This document shows, one piece after another, positions 1 through 9,800 of a stretch of DNA of 32,000 nucleotides. Location: positions 1 through 32,000 of the forward strand of contig ACYB01000046.1 in NCBI GenBank assembly GCA_000175855.1. Reading direction: 5' to 3'. This DNA comes from Raphidiopsis brookii D9. GTDB lineage: Bacteria > Cyanobacteriota > Cyanobacteriia > Cyanobacteriales > Nostocaceae. Under the pieces are notes generated by a model. The model was not told the DNA's origin. It was given only the letters and a program-made list of their open reading frames with translations, and ran no database searches. Every line of letters starts with the position of its first letter. Position 1 is the first letter of the stretch. Made by a program: the position numbers and the translations under genes.

Positions 1-839
1 GAGTGGATTGGGATGCAGTGCGCCATTGGTACAATGGTTATAATTGGACAGGGTCCCAGACAGTTTATAACCCCTACGACATCCTCCTCTTCCTTAGCGA
101 AGGCATGAGATTTCGCAACTACTGGTTTGAGACGGGTAGTCCCAGCTTTTTACTCAAATTGTTCCAAAAGGAGCAGTATTTCCTACCTAATTTGGAGGGA
201 ATCCAGGTAACCGAGGAAATACTCGATTCCTTCGATGTGGAGCAGATTAATCCGGTGACCCTCCTGTTTCAGTCTGGTTATCTGACTATTAAAAACACAT
301 TTACAGATATAAATCAAATGGTATTTTGCTTGGGTATACCTAACATGGAGGTGAAGATTGCCCTCAATAACCAGTTTATTAACGCATATTCCAACTTAGT
401 CAACGAAAAGTTAGGGATACAAAGACTGATACATACCCAACTGCGCTCCGGCGATGTAGAGGGATTGGTCAGCACTATCAAGCGATTATTTGCCTCCATT
501 CCCTGGCGCAATTTCACTAATAACGACCTAGCGGATTTTGAAGGATATTATACCTCGGTAATCTACGCCTTCCTCAGTTCCTTAGATGCTCGAGTTATTC
601 CAGAAGATATCACCAATCATGGTCAGTCGGACTTAACTGTTATGGTGGGGGGACACGTTTATGTGATGGAAATCAAGGTAGTAGAAGGGAATCAAGTTCA
701 GGGTAATGCAGCACTTGACCAAATCCTCCAGCGAAACTATGCTGAAAAATACCGTGGGGAACCGGGAAAATATGTCCATGAAATTGGTTTGATATTTAGT
801 CGCAACCAAAGGAACCTCATACAAGCGGATTGGCGATAA
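1..839 (+). CDS. AAA-ATPase-like / PD-(D/E)XK nuclease superfamily (DUF1703-type) protein, 5'-truncated by the window edge
   Basis: ORF open from the window start. It contains WYNGY...VYNPYDIL, a typical AAA-ATPase_like segment, and a C-terminal nuclease-like motif SDLTVMVGGHVYVMEIKV...ALDQILQRNYAEKY (D-x(n)-E-x-K followed by Q...Y). Confidence 0.8.
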   Translation, partial: VDWDAVRHWYNGYNWTGSQTVYNPYDILLFLSEGMRFRNYWFETGSPSFLLKLFQKEQYFLPNLEGIQVTEEILDSFDVEQINPVTLLFQSGYLTIKNTFTDINQMVFCLGIPNMEVKIALNNQFINAYSNLVNEKLGIQRLIHTQLRSGDVEGLVSTIKRLFASIPWRNFTNNDLADFEGYYTSVIYAFLSSLDARVIPEDITNHGQSDLTVMVGGHVYVMEIKVVEGNQVQGNAALDQILQRNYAEKYRGEPGKYVHEIGLIFSRNQRNLIQADWR

Positions 840-992
840 ATCTAAAACCCACCTTTGCTTATCGAGTTTATACTAAAGATAGGAGCGATCGCACCTTGAT
901 GGGCTTGCAGTTTGAACATTTTTAAAGATAGTGGAAATTTGGTACTGCTGTTTGGTATTTGTGGAAATGTGATTAAATCAGGAGGGTCAAAT

Positions 993-1109
993 ATGACTTC
1001 TAAAACAAAAGAAACCAAACCCAGTTATGTTTTCCGCGCCAGTTGGGCTATACTACTACTGGCTATCAACTTTTTAGTAGCAGCTTATTATTTCCATATT
1101 ATTGAGTAG
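993..1109 (+). CDS. psaX: Photosystem I 4.8 kDa subunit PsaX
   Basis: Internal ATG at 993 preceded by GGAGGG (981-986) gives MTSKTKETKPSYVFRASWAILLLAINFLVAAYYFHIIE. This is a single-TM 38-aa protein closely resembling Thermosynechococcus PsaX (KPTYAFRTFWAVLLLAINFLVAAYYFGILK). The ORF-track start at 912 is probably too early. Confidence 0.88.
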   Translation: MTSKTKETKPSYVFRASWAILLLAINFLVAAYYFHIIE

Positions 1110-1152
1110 GTAGGTGGAGAGGGACTGAATCTCCTAGTTTCTAACCCCTCCC

Positions 1153-2019
1153 CTAAACTGTTCCTTTAAACAGTCCTTTGGGACGAATGAGTAAAACTAA
1201 AATCATAATTAACAAGGCAACTCCTTGCTTATACTGAGACCCTAACCAAGGAGTGCTGACCTCCTGAGCAATGCCAATAATAAAGGCAGCAAATATGGCA
1301 CCATAAGGGTTGCCAATTCCCCCTAAAATTACTGAGGCAAACAAGGGTAAAATTAAAAACCAGCCCATGTTGGGACGAACAGCAGTAATTAAACCATACA
1401 TACTACCACCCAGGGAGGTAAAGCTACCCGCAATAATCCAAGTCCAAAAAATTACTCGTTCTACATTAATTCCAGAAACCCTGGCTAAATCTAGGTCGTC
1501 TGCTACTGCTCGCATGGCTTTACCAATTTTGGTGTTCTGTAATATATAGCGCAGGAACAAAATCGCCAATATGGCTAGGCCTAAAACTAGTAATTGATTT
1601 TGTGGCACTTTCAAACCGCCTATATCCAAGGCCTGAATTACGGGAAGATTGTAATTTTGGTTTTTGCCCCCCCAAAGAAAAATAATCCCGTTACGGACAA
1701 ATAGGGCCAGGCCAATGGAGATGATAATCAGGGTGGTAGATGTGGCACGTAATGCTCTCATTCTTGACCACAGCATCTTCTCTGTTAGTAACATCGCTAT
1801 CACGGTTAATATGGCTGCAACAACCATTGATAACCAAATGTTTATTCCCCACCCGTTTATAACCCAGGTAAAATATGCCCCTAACGTTAAAAAGTCTCCA
1901 TGGGCAAAATTCGATAGTCTTAAAATTCCATAAGTCAGTGTTAGTCCTACTGCTGCCAAGGCAATAATACTACCCACCGCAATCCCATTAACAATTAATT
2001 GAGCTAGTTGTGCATCCAT
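1153..2019 (-). CDS. Branched-chain/neutral amino acid ABC transporter permease, LivH/NatD family
   Basis: Multi-TM 288-aa protein with GIAVGSIIALAAVGLTLTYGILRLSNFAHGDFLTLGAY and the C-terminal block ASVILGGIGNPYGAIFAAFIIGIAQEVS, typical of LivH permeases. Confidence 0.9.
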   Translation of the reverse strand: MDAQLAQLIVNGIAVGSIIALAAVGLTLTYGILRLSNFAHGDFLTLGAYFTWVINGWGINIWLSMVVAAILTVIAMLLTEKMLWSRMRALRATSTTLIIISIGLALFVRNGIIFLWGGKNQNYNLPVIQALDIGGLKVPQNQLLVLGLAILAILFLRYILQNTKIGKAMRAVADDLDLARVSGINVERVIFWTWIIAGSFTSLGGSMYGLITAVRPNMGWFLILPLFASVILGGIGNPYGAIFAAFIIGIAQEVSTPWLGSQYKQGVALLIMILVLLIRPKGLFKGTV

Positions 2020-2236
2020 TAATAAGTTCTACTATAAAGTTACTTTACTTAGATCCTAACATCAATATAAGCCTATGAATATCATAAGTTATATCTCACA
2101 CGAAGCTAGTAATAAAAATTAATTTCTGTGTTAACATACATAGTGTGGAGATCACTATATGAAAATATAACTAAAATATAACTCTTATTTATCTCCCGCT
2201 GTTTTCCGTTAGGGTTAGTATCTTTGGGCGCTTTTT

Positions 2237-4111
2237 ATGTACAAATACTCAAACTTACCAAAAAGAAATCCTCGGATAGATAAAACCTCCAAACTTTTAC
2301 GCACTATCCAACAACAAGGATACGATTTGTGGTTGGAAAAACATTTGAATCGGTTACAACTTAGTCTAAATTTTTGCTTGTTCACAGCGGTTAACACACC
2401 TTTAACTACGGGTGAACCTAATACCCAGGAGGCAAAAATTGCTGAGTCCCAGATTTTACAAACTCTGCTTAATGAAGTTTATGCTGCTTTGAATTTTCAC
2501 GGGTTGGGTATTGAAGGTCTTACGGTATATATAGCTGAGTGCAAACATCAAGAGAACATGGCTAGAATTGTCTTGATGTGTAATTCACCCACTAAGTCAC
2601 CAATTTCACCTCCATCCCTGTCGCAAACAACTTCCAGATGGAATTTGGAATCCCATATTGGTCTCCCGGATCTCCTGGAAATGGAAAAGCACAATCCTCC
2701 CCTAGCTTGGCGCTTCCCTGATGATTCTACTAATGTGACTAAATGGCTAATTGCTCTTCATCCCCTATCTGATCTATCTGGCCTTGCTAAACCTCAATTT
2801 TCTCCCTTGTACTGGCGATCGCAGTTTATTCAAAAAGCCATTAAATATTCCTGGACTTATTTAATACAAACTCAAAAAATTCAGACCTTAAAATACTCCT
2901 ATCAGTCCCTGTTACAGTTTAGTTACAACCTAGAACATAAAAACAAACTTAAAAATCAATTTTTGGCAAACACTAGTCACGAAATCAGGACTCCCTTGAC
3001 TTCGATTATTGGATTTACTGAGTTATTATTAGCTCAAGGTTACCAAGCGGAAAGAGAACGCCATCAAGAATATTTACAGATTATTCAGTCCAGCGGTAAG
3101 CATTTATTGAGTTTAATCAATGACATTTTAGATCTTTCCAAAATAGAAGCTAATCAGCTAGAAGTGCAATGGGAAGTAGTTGATATACCGTCACTGTGTA
3201 AAAGTGTTTTGGCTCTGGTAAAGGAAAAAGCAGGAGATAAGGGTTTAAAATTACAAATACAAATCAGTGAGGATGTGAGTACTCTATTGGTGGATCCTCT
3301 ACGACTGAAGCAGATGCTATTAAACCTATTGTTTAATGCTATAAAATTTACTAATGTAGGAAGTGTAGGTTTACGAGTTGTTATTAAAGATTCATGGTTG
3401 AGATTTACAGTGTGGGATACGGGGGTTGGCATTTCCGAGGAAGACCTGTCCTTGCTATTTCGTCCCTATACTCAACTAGTAAATACCATAAATACCCAAA
3501 TTGATAAAAATCATGGCACTGGTTTGGGATTGATTGTGACCAAACAACTTGCGGAAATTCACGGGGGTAGTATTGAGGTGCGATCGCAATTAAATCAAGG
3601 TTCTGAATTTACTATTATTCTCCCTCTCAAATCTCACAGAACTACCCAAACACTGGAAATTCAACCCAAACAAGACCTAGAACTAAGTGACAAAACTGCT
3701 GATCATCTAATTAATACTCCAACTAAGGTTCAACCAAGCAATTACTGCACAGTATTACTAGTAGAGAACGATATAAACAATAGTGAACTCATAAAGACTT
3801 ATTTAAATAGATTAGGTTATCAAATCATACACGTAAAAACTGCCCAAGAAATGTGGGTAAATTTACCACGAGTGCAACCGACAATCATCTTAATGGATTT
3901 GAAATTGCCAGATGGTAACGGAATGAACTTAGTATCAGAAATCAGAAAGGATCCCAGGTATCAGAACACTCCTATCGTTGCTCAAACAGCAATGGCCATG
4001 AAGGGAGACAGAGAAATATGTCTAGCTTCCGGTTTCACTCACTATATTCCTAAACCCATAGATTTGACAAATCTCGGTGCTATACTAGAAAAGTGCCAGA
4101 CTTGTCCATAG
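2237..4111 (+). CDS. Hybrid sensor histidine kinase / response regulator
   Basis: HisKA H-box (LANTSHEIRTPLTSIIGFTELLL), N box (LLFNAIKFT), G boxes (WDTGVGISEEDL, GTGLGLIVTKQLAEIHGG) and a C-terminal REC domain (VLLVENDINNS...LMDLKLPDGNG...KPID). The N-terminal ~210 aa match no domain I recognise. Confidence 0.93.
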   Translation: MYKYSNLPKRNPRIDKTSKLLRTIQQQGYDLWLEKHLNRLQLSLNFCLFTAVNTPLTTGEPNTQEAKIAESQILQTLLNEVYAALNFHGLGIEGLTVYIAECKHQENMARIVLMCNSPTKSPISPPSLSQTTSRWNLESHIGLPDLLEMEKHNPPLAWRFPDDSTNVTKWLIALHPLSDLSGLAKPQFSPLYWRSQFIQKAIKYSWTYLIQTQKIQTLKYSYQSLLQFSYNLEHKNKLKNQFLANTSHEIRTPLTSIIGFTELLLAQGYQAERERHQEYLQIIQSSGKHLLSLINDILDLSKIEANQLEVQWEVVDIPSLCKSVLALVKEKAGDKGLKLQIQISEDVSTLLVDPLRLKQMLLNLLFNAIKFTNVGSVGLRVVIKDSWLRFTVWDTGVGISEEDLSLLFRPYTQLVNTINTQIDKNHGTGLGLIVTKQLAEIHGGSIEVRSQLNQGSEFTIILPLKSHRTTQTLEIQPKQDLELSDKTADHLINTPTKVQPSNYCTVLLVENDINNSELIKTYLNRLGYQIIHVKTAQEMWVNLPRVQPTIILMDLKLPDGNGMNLVSEIRKDPRYQNTPIVAQTAMAMKGDREICLASGFTHYIPKPIDLTNLGAILEKCQTCP

Positions 4112-4156
4112 CTTTCTGGATCAGGCTATATACGTCTATAGAAAAATATTAAAAAG

Positions 4157-4997
4157 ATGACACTCACAGAAAAATTAAGAAAAATTAAAAACCTTATTTG
4201 CCGAGATGGGACACGCTTTAATAGCTTACTCCGGAGGAGTCGATAGCACACTAGTAGCGAAGGTTGCTCATGACGTACTAGGCGATCGCGCAGTAGCAGT
4301 AACTGCGGTATCTCCATCCTTACTACCGGAAGAGTTAACAGAAGCTAGCGCACAAGCAGCAACCATTGGGATAACCCATAAAATTGTCCATACTCAAGAG
4401 ATGGCCAATCCCAACTACACATCTAATCCAGTCAACCGGTGCTACTTTTGTAAAAGTGAATTACATGACACGCTCAAACCCCTAGCACTGGAATGGGGAT
4501 ACAGTTATGTGATTGATGGAGTAAACGCTGACGACCTCAAAGACTACAGACCGGGAATTCAAGCTGCAAAAGAAAGGGGAGCAAGATCACCCTTAGCAGA
4601 AATAGGAATTACTAAAATGGAAGTGCGTCAACTTTCCCAACAATTGGCACTACCCTGGTGGGATAAACCCGCCCAACCCTGTCTAAGTTCCCGATTTCCC
4701 TACGGAGAAGAAATCACCATAGAAAAACTACAACGTGTGGGGAGAGCAGAAATATATTTAAAAACTTTGGGTTGGCAAGACTTGCGAGTCAGATCAGAGG
4801 GGGAAACCGCCAGAATTGAACTCCCACCAGAAAAAATCAAGGATTTCGTCCTCAAAACAGACTTACCTACCCTAGTAACCACTCTGGAAAATCTAGGGTT
4901 TATTTACGTCACCTTAGATTTAGAAGGTTATCAGAGTGGTAAGCTGAATCGAGTCTTGACAAGACAGGATCCTATCCTTACAAAAAAAGAATCCTGA
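4157..4997 (+). CDS. larE: ATP-dependent sulfur transferase LarE (PP-loop family), with an apparent 1-nt frameshift near the N-terminus
   Basis: PP-loop motif AYSGGVDSTLVAKVA, CYFCKSEL, and QPCLSSRFPYGEEIT. The ATG at 4157 reads MTLTEKLRKIK in frame 2; after one extra A in the run 4187-4191 it continues as TLFAEMGHALIAYSGGVDST in the frame of the called ORF (4206-4997). Confidence 0.85.
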
Positions 4998-5313
4998 TAG
5001 AGAAAAAGGAAAGCAGAAAAATAACAATAACTAAAACTGTTGGGTGGAATTTGCCCAAATTAGCACCTGTTTTTGGTCAGGACTGTGGCTATTCCACCTA
5101 AAAATTTTGAGGTTATTTCTTAACCTGGTTCCCAAAGAAATCTAGCTACTGATGAAGCTAAACCCAGAAAAGTCAAAACTTCATCACTTTGATTCCAGAT
5201 TTCCTTGGGATTTGCTTTGAGGTTGCTGGAGATAGGGCTTTAACTTGGCTATAGATTAGCCTGATGACAGTCTTAATTCTTGGTTCTTACTCGGGAATCA
5301 AGACTAGTCCGAG

Positions 5314-5553
5314 TTAAATTTCGCCGTCCACTTGCATTTTGTGCACTTGATCAGCTAACTCTTGACGACCTTGGTCATCTAGCTTATCAATTGCCAACAT
5401 ACCCATGAGGATAACCTCTTTTAACGTCAGACGGGTAGAATGTGCCTGTTTTTGCACAGTCTCTTTGATCACTGGACTTACGCCAATTGCGGTACTTGCT
5501 CTAGCCACGGAACTAACAATAAACATTAACGACTTCGGATAAAATCTTAGCAC
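5314..5553 (-). CDS. Small hypothetical protein (79 aa)
   Basis: ORF in a ~690 bp gap between larE and the DUF445 gene, with a plausible C-terminal half (LTLKEVILMGMLAIDKLDDQGRQELADQVHKMQVDGEI). No recognised family. Confidence 0.4.
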   Translation of the reverse strand: MLRFYPKSLMFIVSSVARASTAIGVSPVIKETVQKQAHSTRLTLKEVILMGMLAIDKLDDQGRQELADQVHKMQVDGEI

Positions 5554-5694
5554 TTTAAATGCAATTATTGTCTACATAATAAAACTTAACAATTTTTTTT
5601 TTAATTTTCTTTATCTTCTTCCCTCCACCTACCCCCCTTTTCTCCATCCTACCCTCCCCACTCCTCTTTCTCCATTTTTTGATGCCAACCCTGA

Positions 5695-6930
5695 CTAGAC
5701 CTGGTTTAGAAGGAGAAATCCTACCTGTAACAGACCTACCCCTAACCCTAAAATACCTCCTAGATTTACAATTGCCTGTAACTCGTTCTTGACAATCCCC
5801 TCAATAGCTGCTTCTAAGTCAGCAGGTGAGGTGTCCTTCACTTTTTCTACAATAACTTTATCTAAGGACAAAATTGGAATTGTTTGCGCTACAATGGTTT
5901 CCAGGTCTTTTTCTAAATACTTGTCTAAGATTAGGGCTAACTCTTGAGCTACAGACTCCAGGGAACTGTTAACAATCACTGAATCGCGCAAACGATTTAG
6001 TAAAAGAATGGAAATTTTTTCCCAGTCCGCTGATTCTGTTACTTCTTGTATCAGGTTACTGCCACTGTCTTGCAGATAATATCTAATGCTCTCTTTCACA
6101 CTCTTTCTTAATTCACGAACTGTACCAATGGGCAAATTTTGTAGGGATAAATCCTGTAATAGCTTTTTCAGGCGATCGCCCAATTGTAGGTCTTGAACTA
6201 ACTCTTGCAGTCGTTGATTAGTCAATTCCTTCTCATCCAAACAAAAACTCCTGAGTCGGGTAAGAGTATTTCGTAAACCGAAAAGATTAGCTACCACCCA
6301 GTAAGTACCACTAGTTTTTTCTCTAAAGCTATCATCAATAGTTTGAATAGTTTTATCCGTGAGAAAGTTAATTATTGCTTGTCTTAACACATCCGGGGGA
6401 AAAGCAATCTTCATTAACCAATCAGCTAACCAAATAGCCTGTTCTTCGTTTAGTCTAAACTCTAATATTAGACGATCAAAAACTTGATTAATTTGTACTT
6501 CCAGAAAATCTTCTTTACGAGCTAACACTCTTAAAAGACGAGGAAGAGAATCCCCCAATAAATCGCGCAAAATTCCTGCTAAGATTTGAGCAGTTTTCTG
6601 ATTTTTTTCCTGTTTAATTTGGGCCAATGCCAATTGTAACAACCACAGGATAGCAGCTTTGACCCGATCAGTTGCCAAAAGTCGTCCAGCCAATTTATGT
6701 AATTCGTCTGGAGTTAACAGGGAACCCATGATAGCATGGGCAATATTGTTTCCCAATCGCTCTTGATTACTGGGAATCAAACCAGGAGTAAAAGGTAACT
6801 TACGTCCCAGAACATAGATGGGTCTGTAGGGACGGAAAAGCATTTTAATAGCTATATCATTAGTGAAATAGCCAATCACACCACCCAGAATAGGAGGTGA
6901 TACGTAAAGCCAAAGATGTGACCAATCCAC
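5695..6930 (-). CDS. DUF445 family membrane protein
   Basis: N-terminus [53 protein letters not shown] is characteristic of DUF445 (YheB-type) proteins, with a hydrophobic C-terminal segment. Confidence 0.88.
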   Translation of the reverse strand: MDWSHLWLYVSPPILGGVIGYFTNDIAIKMLFRPYRPIYVLGRKLPFTPGLIPSNQERLGNNIAHAIMGSLLTPDELHKLAGRLLATDRVKAAILWLLQLALAQIKQEKNQKTAQILAGILRDLLGDSLPRLLRVLARKEDFLEVQINQVFDRLILEFRLNEEQAIWLADWLMKIAFPPDVLRQAIINFLTDKTIQTIDDSFREKTSGTYWVVANLFGLRNTLTRLRSFCLDEKELTNQRLQELVQDLQLGDRLKKLLQDLSLQNLPIGTVRELRKSVKESIRYYLQDSGSNLIQEVTESADWEKISILLLNRLRDSVIVNSSLESVAQELALILDKYLEKDLETIVAQTIPILSLDKVIVEKVKDTSPADLEAAIEGIVKNELQAIVNLGGILGLGVGLLQVGFLLLNQV

Positions 6931-6951
6931 AGGATTTTGGACTCAGTTCGA

Positions 6952-7644
6952 TTAGGGAACGACAATTACTAATACCCCCATCATAGCATTAGAAATTGGA
7001 TAATGAACAGCATTGACAAACCCAACTTGACGTGCTAGAGCAACCTGTTCTTCACCTCTGGGAAAACGCTGCAAACTAGGACTGATGTAAGCGTATTCTT
7101 CCCTCACACCCAAATTAGTGGCCAGGGGAACAACCAGATAATCTAAATACCATTGTTGAAAAATCCTCCAGATGTGGTCATCAGGACGATGAAAATCCAA
7201 AATTGCCGCTCTACCCCCAGGTTTTAGCACTCGATAGATTTCCTGTAAACTGCGAGTGATATCTGTCACATTTCTTAAACCATAACCCATAGTCACAACG
7301 TCAAATTGATCATCTGCAAAGGGAAGACTCAGCACATCTGCTTCTATCCAGTTAATAGAATGTGGGTTATGGGATAATTCCTGGCGGTTTTTAGCAGCAT
7401 TAAGTAAATTATTAGAGAAATCTACACCATATACCCTACCAGTAATTCCTGCACGTCGAGCCAAACGGAAGGTTAAATCCCCACTACCACAGCATAAATC
7501 TAGACAAGTATTTCCTGTTTTTACACCACTCCATTTCACGGTCATTTCCTTCCAGATGCGGTGTTGTCCTAGGCTTAGACAATCATTAAGTTGATCGTAC
7601 ACAGGAGCAATACGGTCAAAAATATCACGAATTTCTTGCTTCAT
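6952..7644 (-). CDS. menG: Phylloquinone/menaquinone (UbiE/MenG family) SAM-dependent methyltransferase
   Basis: UbiE/MenG signatures: IFDRIAPVYDQLNDCLSLGQHRIWK, LDLCCGSGDLTFRLA, MGYGLRNVTD, RVLKPGGRAAILDFHRP. Confidence 0.92.
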   Translation of the reverse strand: MKQEIRDIFDRIAPVYDQLNDCLSLGQHRIWKEMTVKWSGVKTGNTCLDLCCGSGDLTFRLARRAGITGRVYGVDFSNNLLNAAKNRQELSHNPHSINWIEADVLSLPFADDQFDVVTMGYGLRNVTDITRSLQEIYRVLKPGGRAAILDFHRPDDHIWRIFQQWYLDYLVVPLATNLGVREEYAYISPSLQRFPRGEEQVALARQVGFVNAVHYPISNAMMGVLVIVVP

Positions 7645-7886
7645 TGGTGACCAAAAAAATTGGAGGTCTAAACTAATGTGTTAGTATAGTTCAGTTAGGT
7701 GGGGGTAGCAAGCTGCTTGCTGAAATTGTAAAAAGGTGAAGCCTAATAATTTTTCAGGTAATTTAAAGATGTCTACATCGAATAGCAACACATCAATTTA
7801 CGACCAAGACTTTTATCTTTTGATCCCAAAGACGTGATCAATCCAGAGTATTTGCCATAGTTAATTTAATTAAATTAAGAACTATT

Positions 7887-9033
7887 ATGAACATTAACTA
7901 TATAATTGAGCTAATTAATCAGGGAGAAAATAGTTCAGTTGAATTTAAGCGTAGTGATGTGAAGCTGGATAGTTTATGTAAGGAAATCATCGCCTTTTCC
8001 AATTCCAGCGGGGGAGTTGTGTTGATTGGTGTTGATGATGATGGCACTATTTTGGGTGTGGAGAGCGATAGAAATTACGAGGAATGGGTAGTAAATATCG
8101 CACGCAATAATATCATCCCACCCGTCAACATCCAATCTGGGGAAGTGGTTTGGGATGGGAAAAAAATTGTGGTCGTGGAGGTTCCTAAAGGAAAGGACAG
8201 ACCATACCAAGATAATAGCGGTAGGTTCTATATACGCATTGGCTCAACTAACCGCATAGCTAGTCTAAACGAATTAATGAGACTATTTCAGCAAAGTGGA
8301 CTTTATCACTTTGATGTCACAGCAGTTGATAACACCAGTCCGTCTTACCTCAATCACAATGCCATTGATCGATATTTCCACAGTTACGATGTCCACTATA
8401 TGGAAATGGAGCAGGAAGAGAAGATCACACTGCTAAAAAACACTGATATCATTGCGGAAAATGAGCAAGTAACAGTTGGTGGTCTTTTGGTTTTTGGTAT
8501 TAATCCTCAGCGGATTTTCCATAATGCTTCCATCTCATTTGCCCACTTTCTAGGAGATACAATTTCAGAAGAGTTAATAGACAAAAAAAATAATTGAAGG
8601 CTCACTGCCAGATCAAGTACAAGCAGCATTACAAATAATCAAAAATAATATCCTGACCCCATCATCTATTCTGGAAACTAGGAGAGATGAAAGGATAAAA
8701 TATCCTGACAAAGTGTTTCGGGAATTGATTGTCAATGCTTGTGTGCATCGTAATTATTCCATCACGGGTTCCAGGATCCGAATTTTTATGTTTCATAACC
8801 GAATAGAGTTTATGAGCCCGGGGAAATTACCAAACACGGTCACTATTGATAAACTGAGGTTTGGAGTGTCTTACTCTATAAATCCAGTTATTGTTAAATT
8901 TATGGAAAACCTCAGATACATAGATAAATTGGGCAGAGGTTTACCTATGGTTTATCAAGAAGCGAAAAAACTCGGCAAGGATGTACTCTTTGAAGAAATT
9001 GGGGAAGAATTTAAGGTCACTCTGTTAACATAG
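7887..9033 (+). pseudogene. AlbA_2 (Schlafen-like) DNA-binding domain / RecG-like putative transcriptional regulator, split by a 1-nt frameshift
   Basis: Fragment 1 (7887-8597): SSVEFKRSD...CKEIIAFSNSSGGVVLIGVDDDG. Fragment 2 (8713-9033): VFRELIVNACVHRNYSITGSRIRI...GRGLPMVYQEA. Removing one A from the A8 run at 8583-8590 joins them as ...DKKIIEGSLPDQVQAALQIIKNNILTPSSILETRRDERIKYPDKVFRELIVNA. It could be a sequencing error rather than a true pseudogene. Confidence 0.8.
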
Positions 9034-9074
9034 GATAAGATAACAACAAAATATGGTTCCACGAATAAAATACC

Positions 9075-9737
9075 ATGACTACACTTAATCTAGTCAAATT
9101 GCCAATCACTACCATTGAAATTGCACCCGGTAGTCACTTGTTGATTCACGATGTTACTTGGCAGCAATATGAAGCTTTATATAAAGATTGGGGAGATGAA
9201 CGCCGAGTGCCCCGAATGAACTATTGCAATGGAACCCTGGAAATTATGTCTCCCCTTCCTGCTCATGAACGTCCTCATCGCATTATTTCTGATATTGTCA
9301 AAACCCTATTAGATGCTGAAAACAGAGCTTGGGAAGATTTTGGCTCTACCACCTTTAAAAAACCAGAACAAGCAGGTCTGGAACCAGATACCTGTTTTTA
9401 CATAGACAATGCGGATCGTGTTCGCCCCTTGATGCGAATGAATATGGAAACGGATCCGCCACCAGACTTAGCAATTGAGAGTGACCTTACTTCTAAAACC
9501 ACCTTAGAGACCTACCTGATCCTACAGGTTCCTGAGATCTGGATTTATGAAAATGATCGTCTAACAATTTACCTGCTAGAAAAAAAGAACCATCAAAACA
9601 ACTATCAAAAGACTACCACCAGTGGAGTCTTTCCATCCCTGAGTATTACAGATCTTATTCCAGAGTTAGTACAGCAAGCGATCAAACAGGGAACAAGCAC
9701 TATGTTACGCAACCTGCGCCATCAATTGTCCACTTGA
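9075..9737 (+). CDS. Uma2 family endonuclease (DUF820, PD-(D/E)XK-like fold)
   Basis: TWQQYEALYKDWGDERRVPRMNYCNGTLEIMSPLPAHE, EPDTCFYI, PPDLAIESDLTSKTTLETYLILQVPEIWIYENDRLTIY match the cyanobacterial Uma2/DUF820 pattern. Confidence 0.88.
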   Translation: MTTLNLVKLPITTIEIAPGSHLLIHDVTWQQYEALYKDWGDERRVPRMNYCNGTLEIMSPLPAHERPHRIISDIVKTLLDAENRAWEDFGSTTFKKPEQAGLEPDTCFYIDNADRVRPLMRMNMETDPPPDLAIESDLTSKTTLETYLILQVPEIWIYENDRLTIYLLEKKNHQNNYQKTTTSGVFPSLSITDLIPELVQQAIKQGTSTMLRNLRHQLST

Positions 9738-9800
9738 CTTATTAAATAGATTGTAATAGAATAAGGGGCAGTTCTTTTTTATACTTATTTGAATTATTAT

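Noticed and set aside
1310-1933. Plus-strand ORFs opposite the LivH-type permease gene
   Set aside because: Low-complexity shadow ORFs in a conserved permease gene, with no family resemblance.
3154-3432. Minus-strand 92-aa ORF inside the hybrid histidine kinase
   Set aside because: Antisense to the conserved HATPase region with no supporting signals.
7707-7721. Palindrome AGCAAG-CTG-CTTGCT in the menG/AlbA_2 gene spacer
   Set aside because: A perfect 6-bp arm palindrome with a 3-nt centre, but single copy and too short to assign as an operator or terminator.
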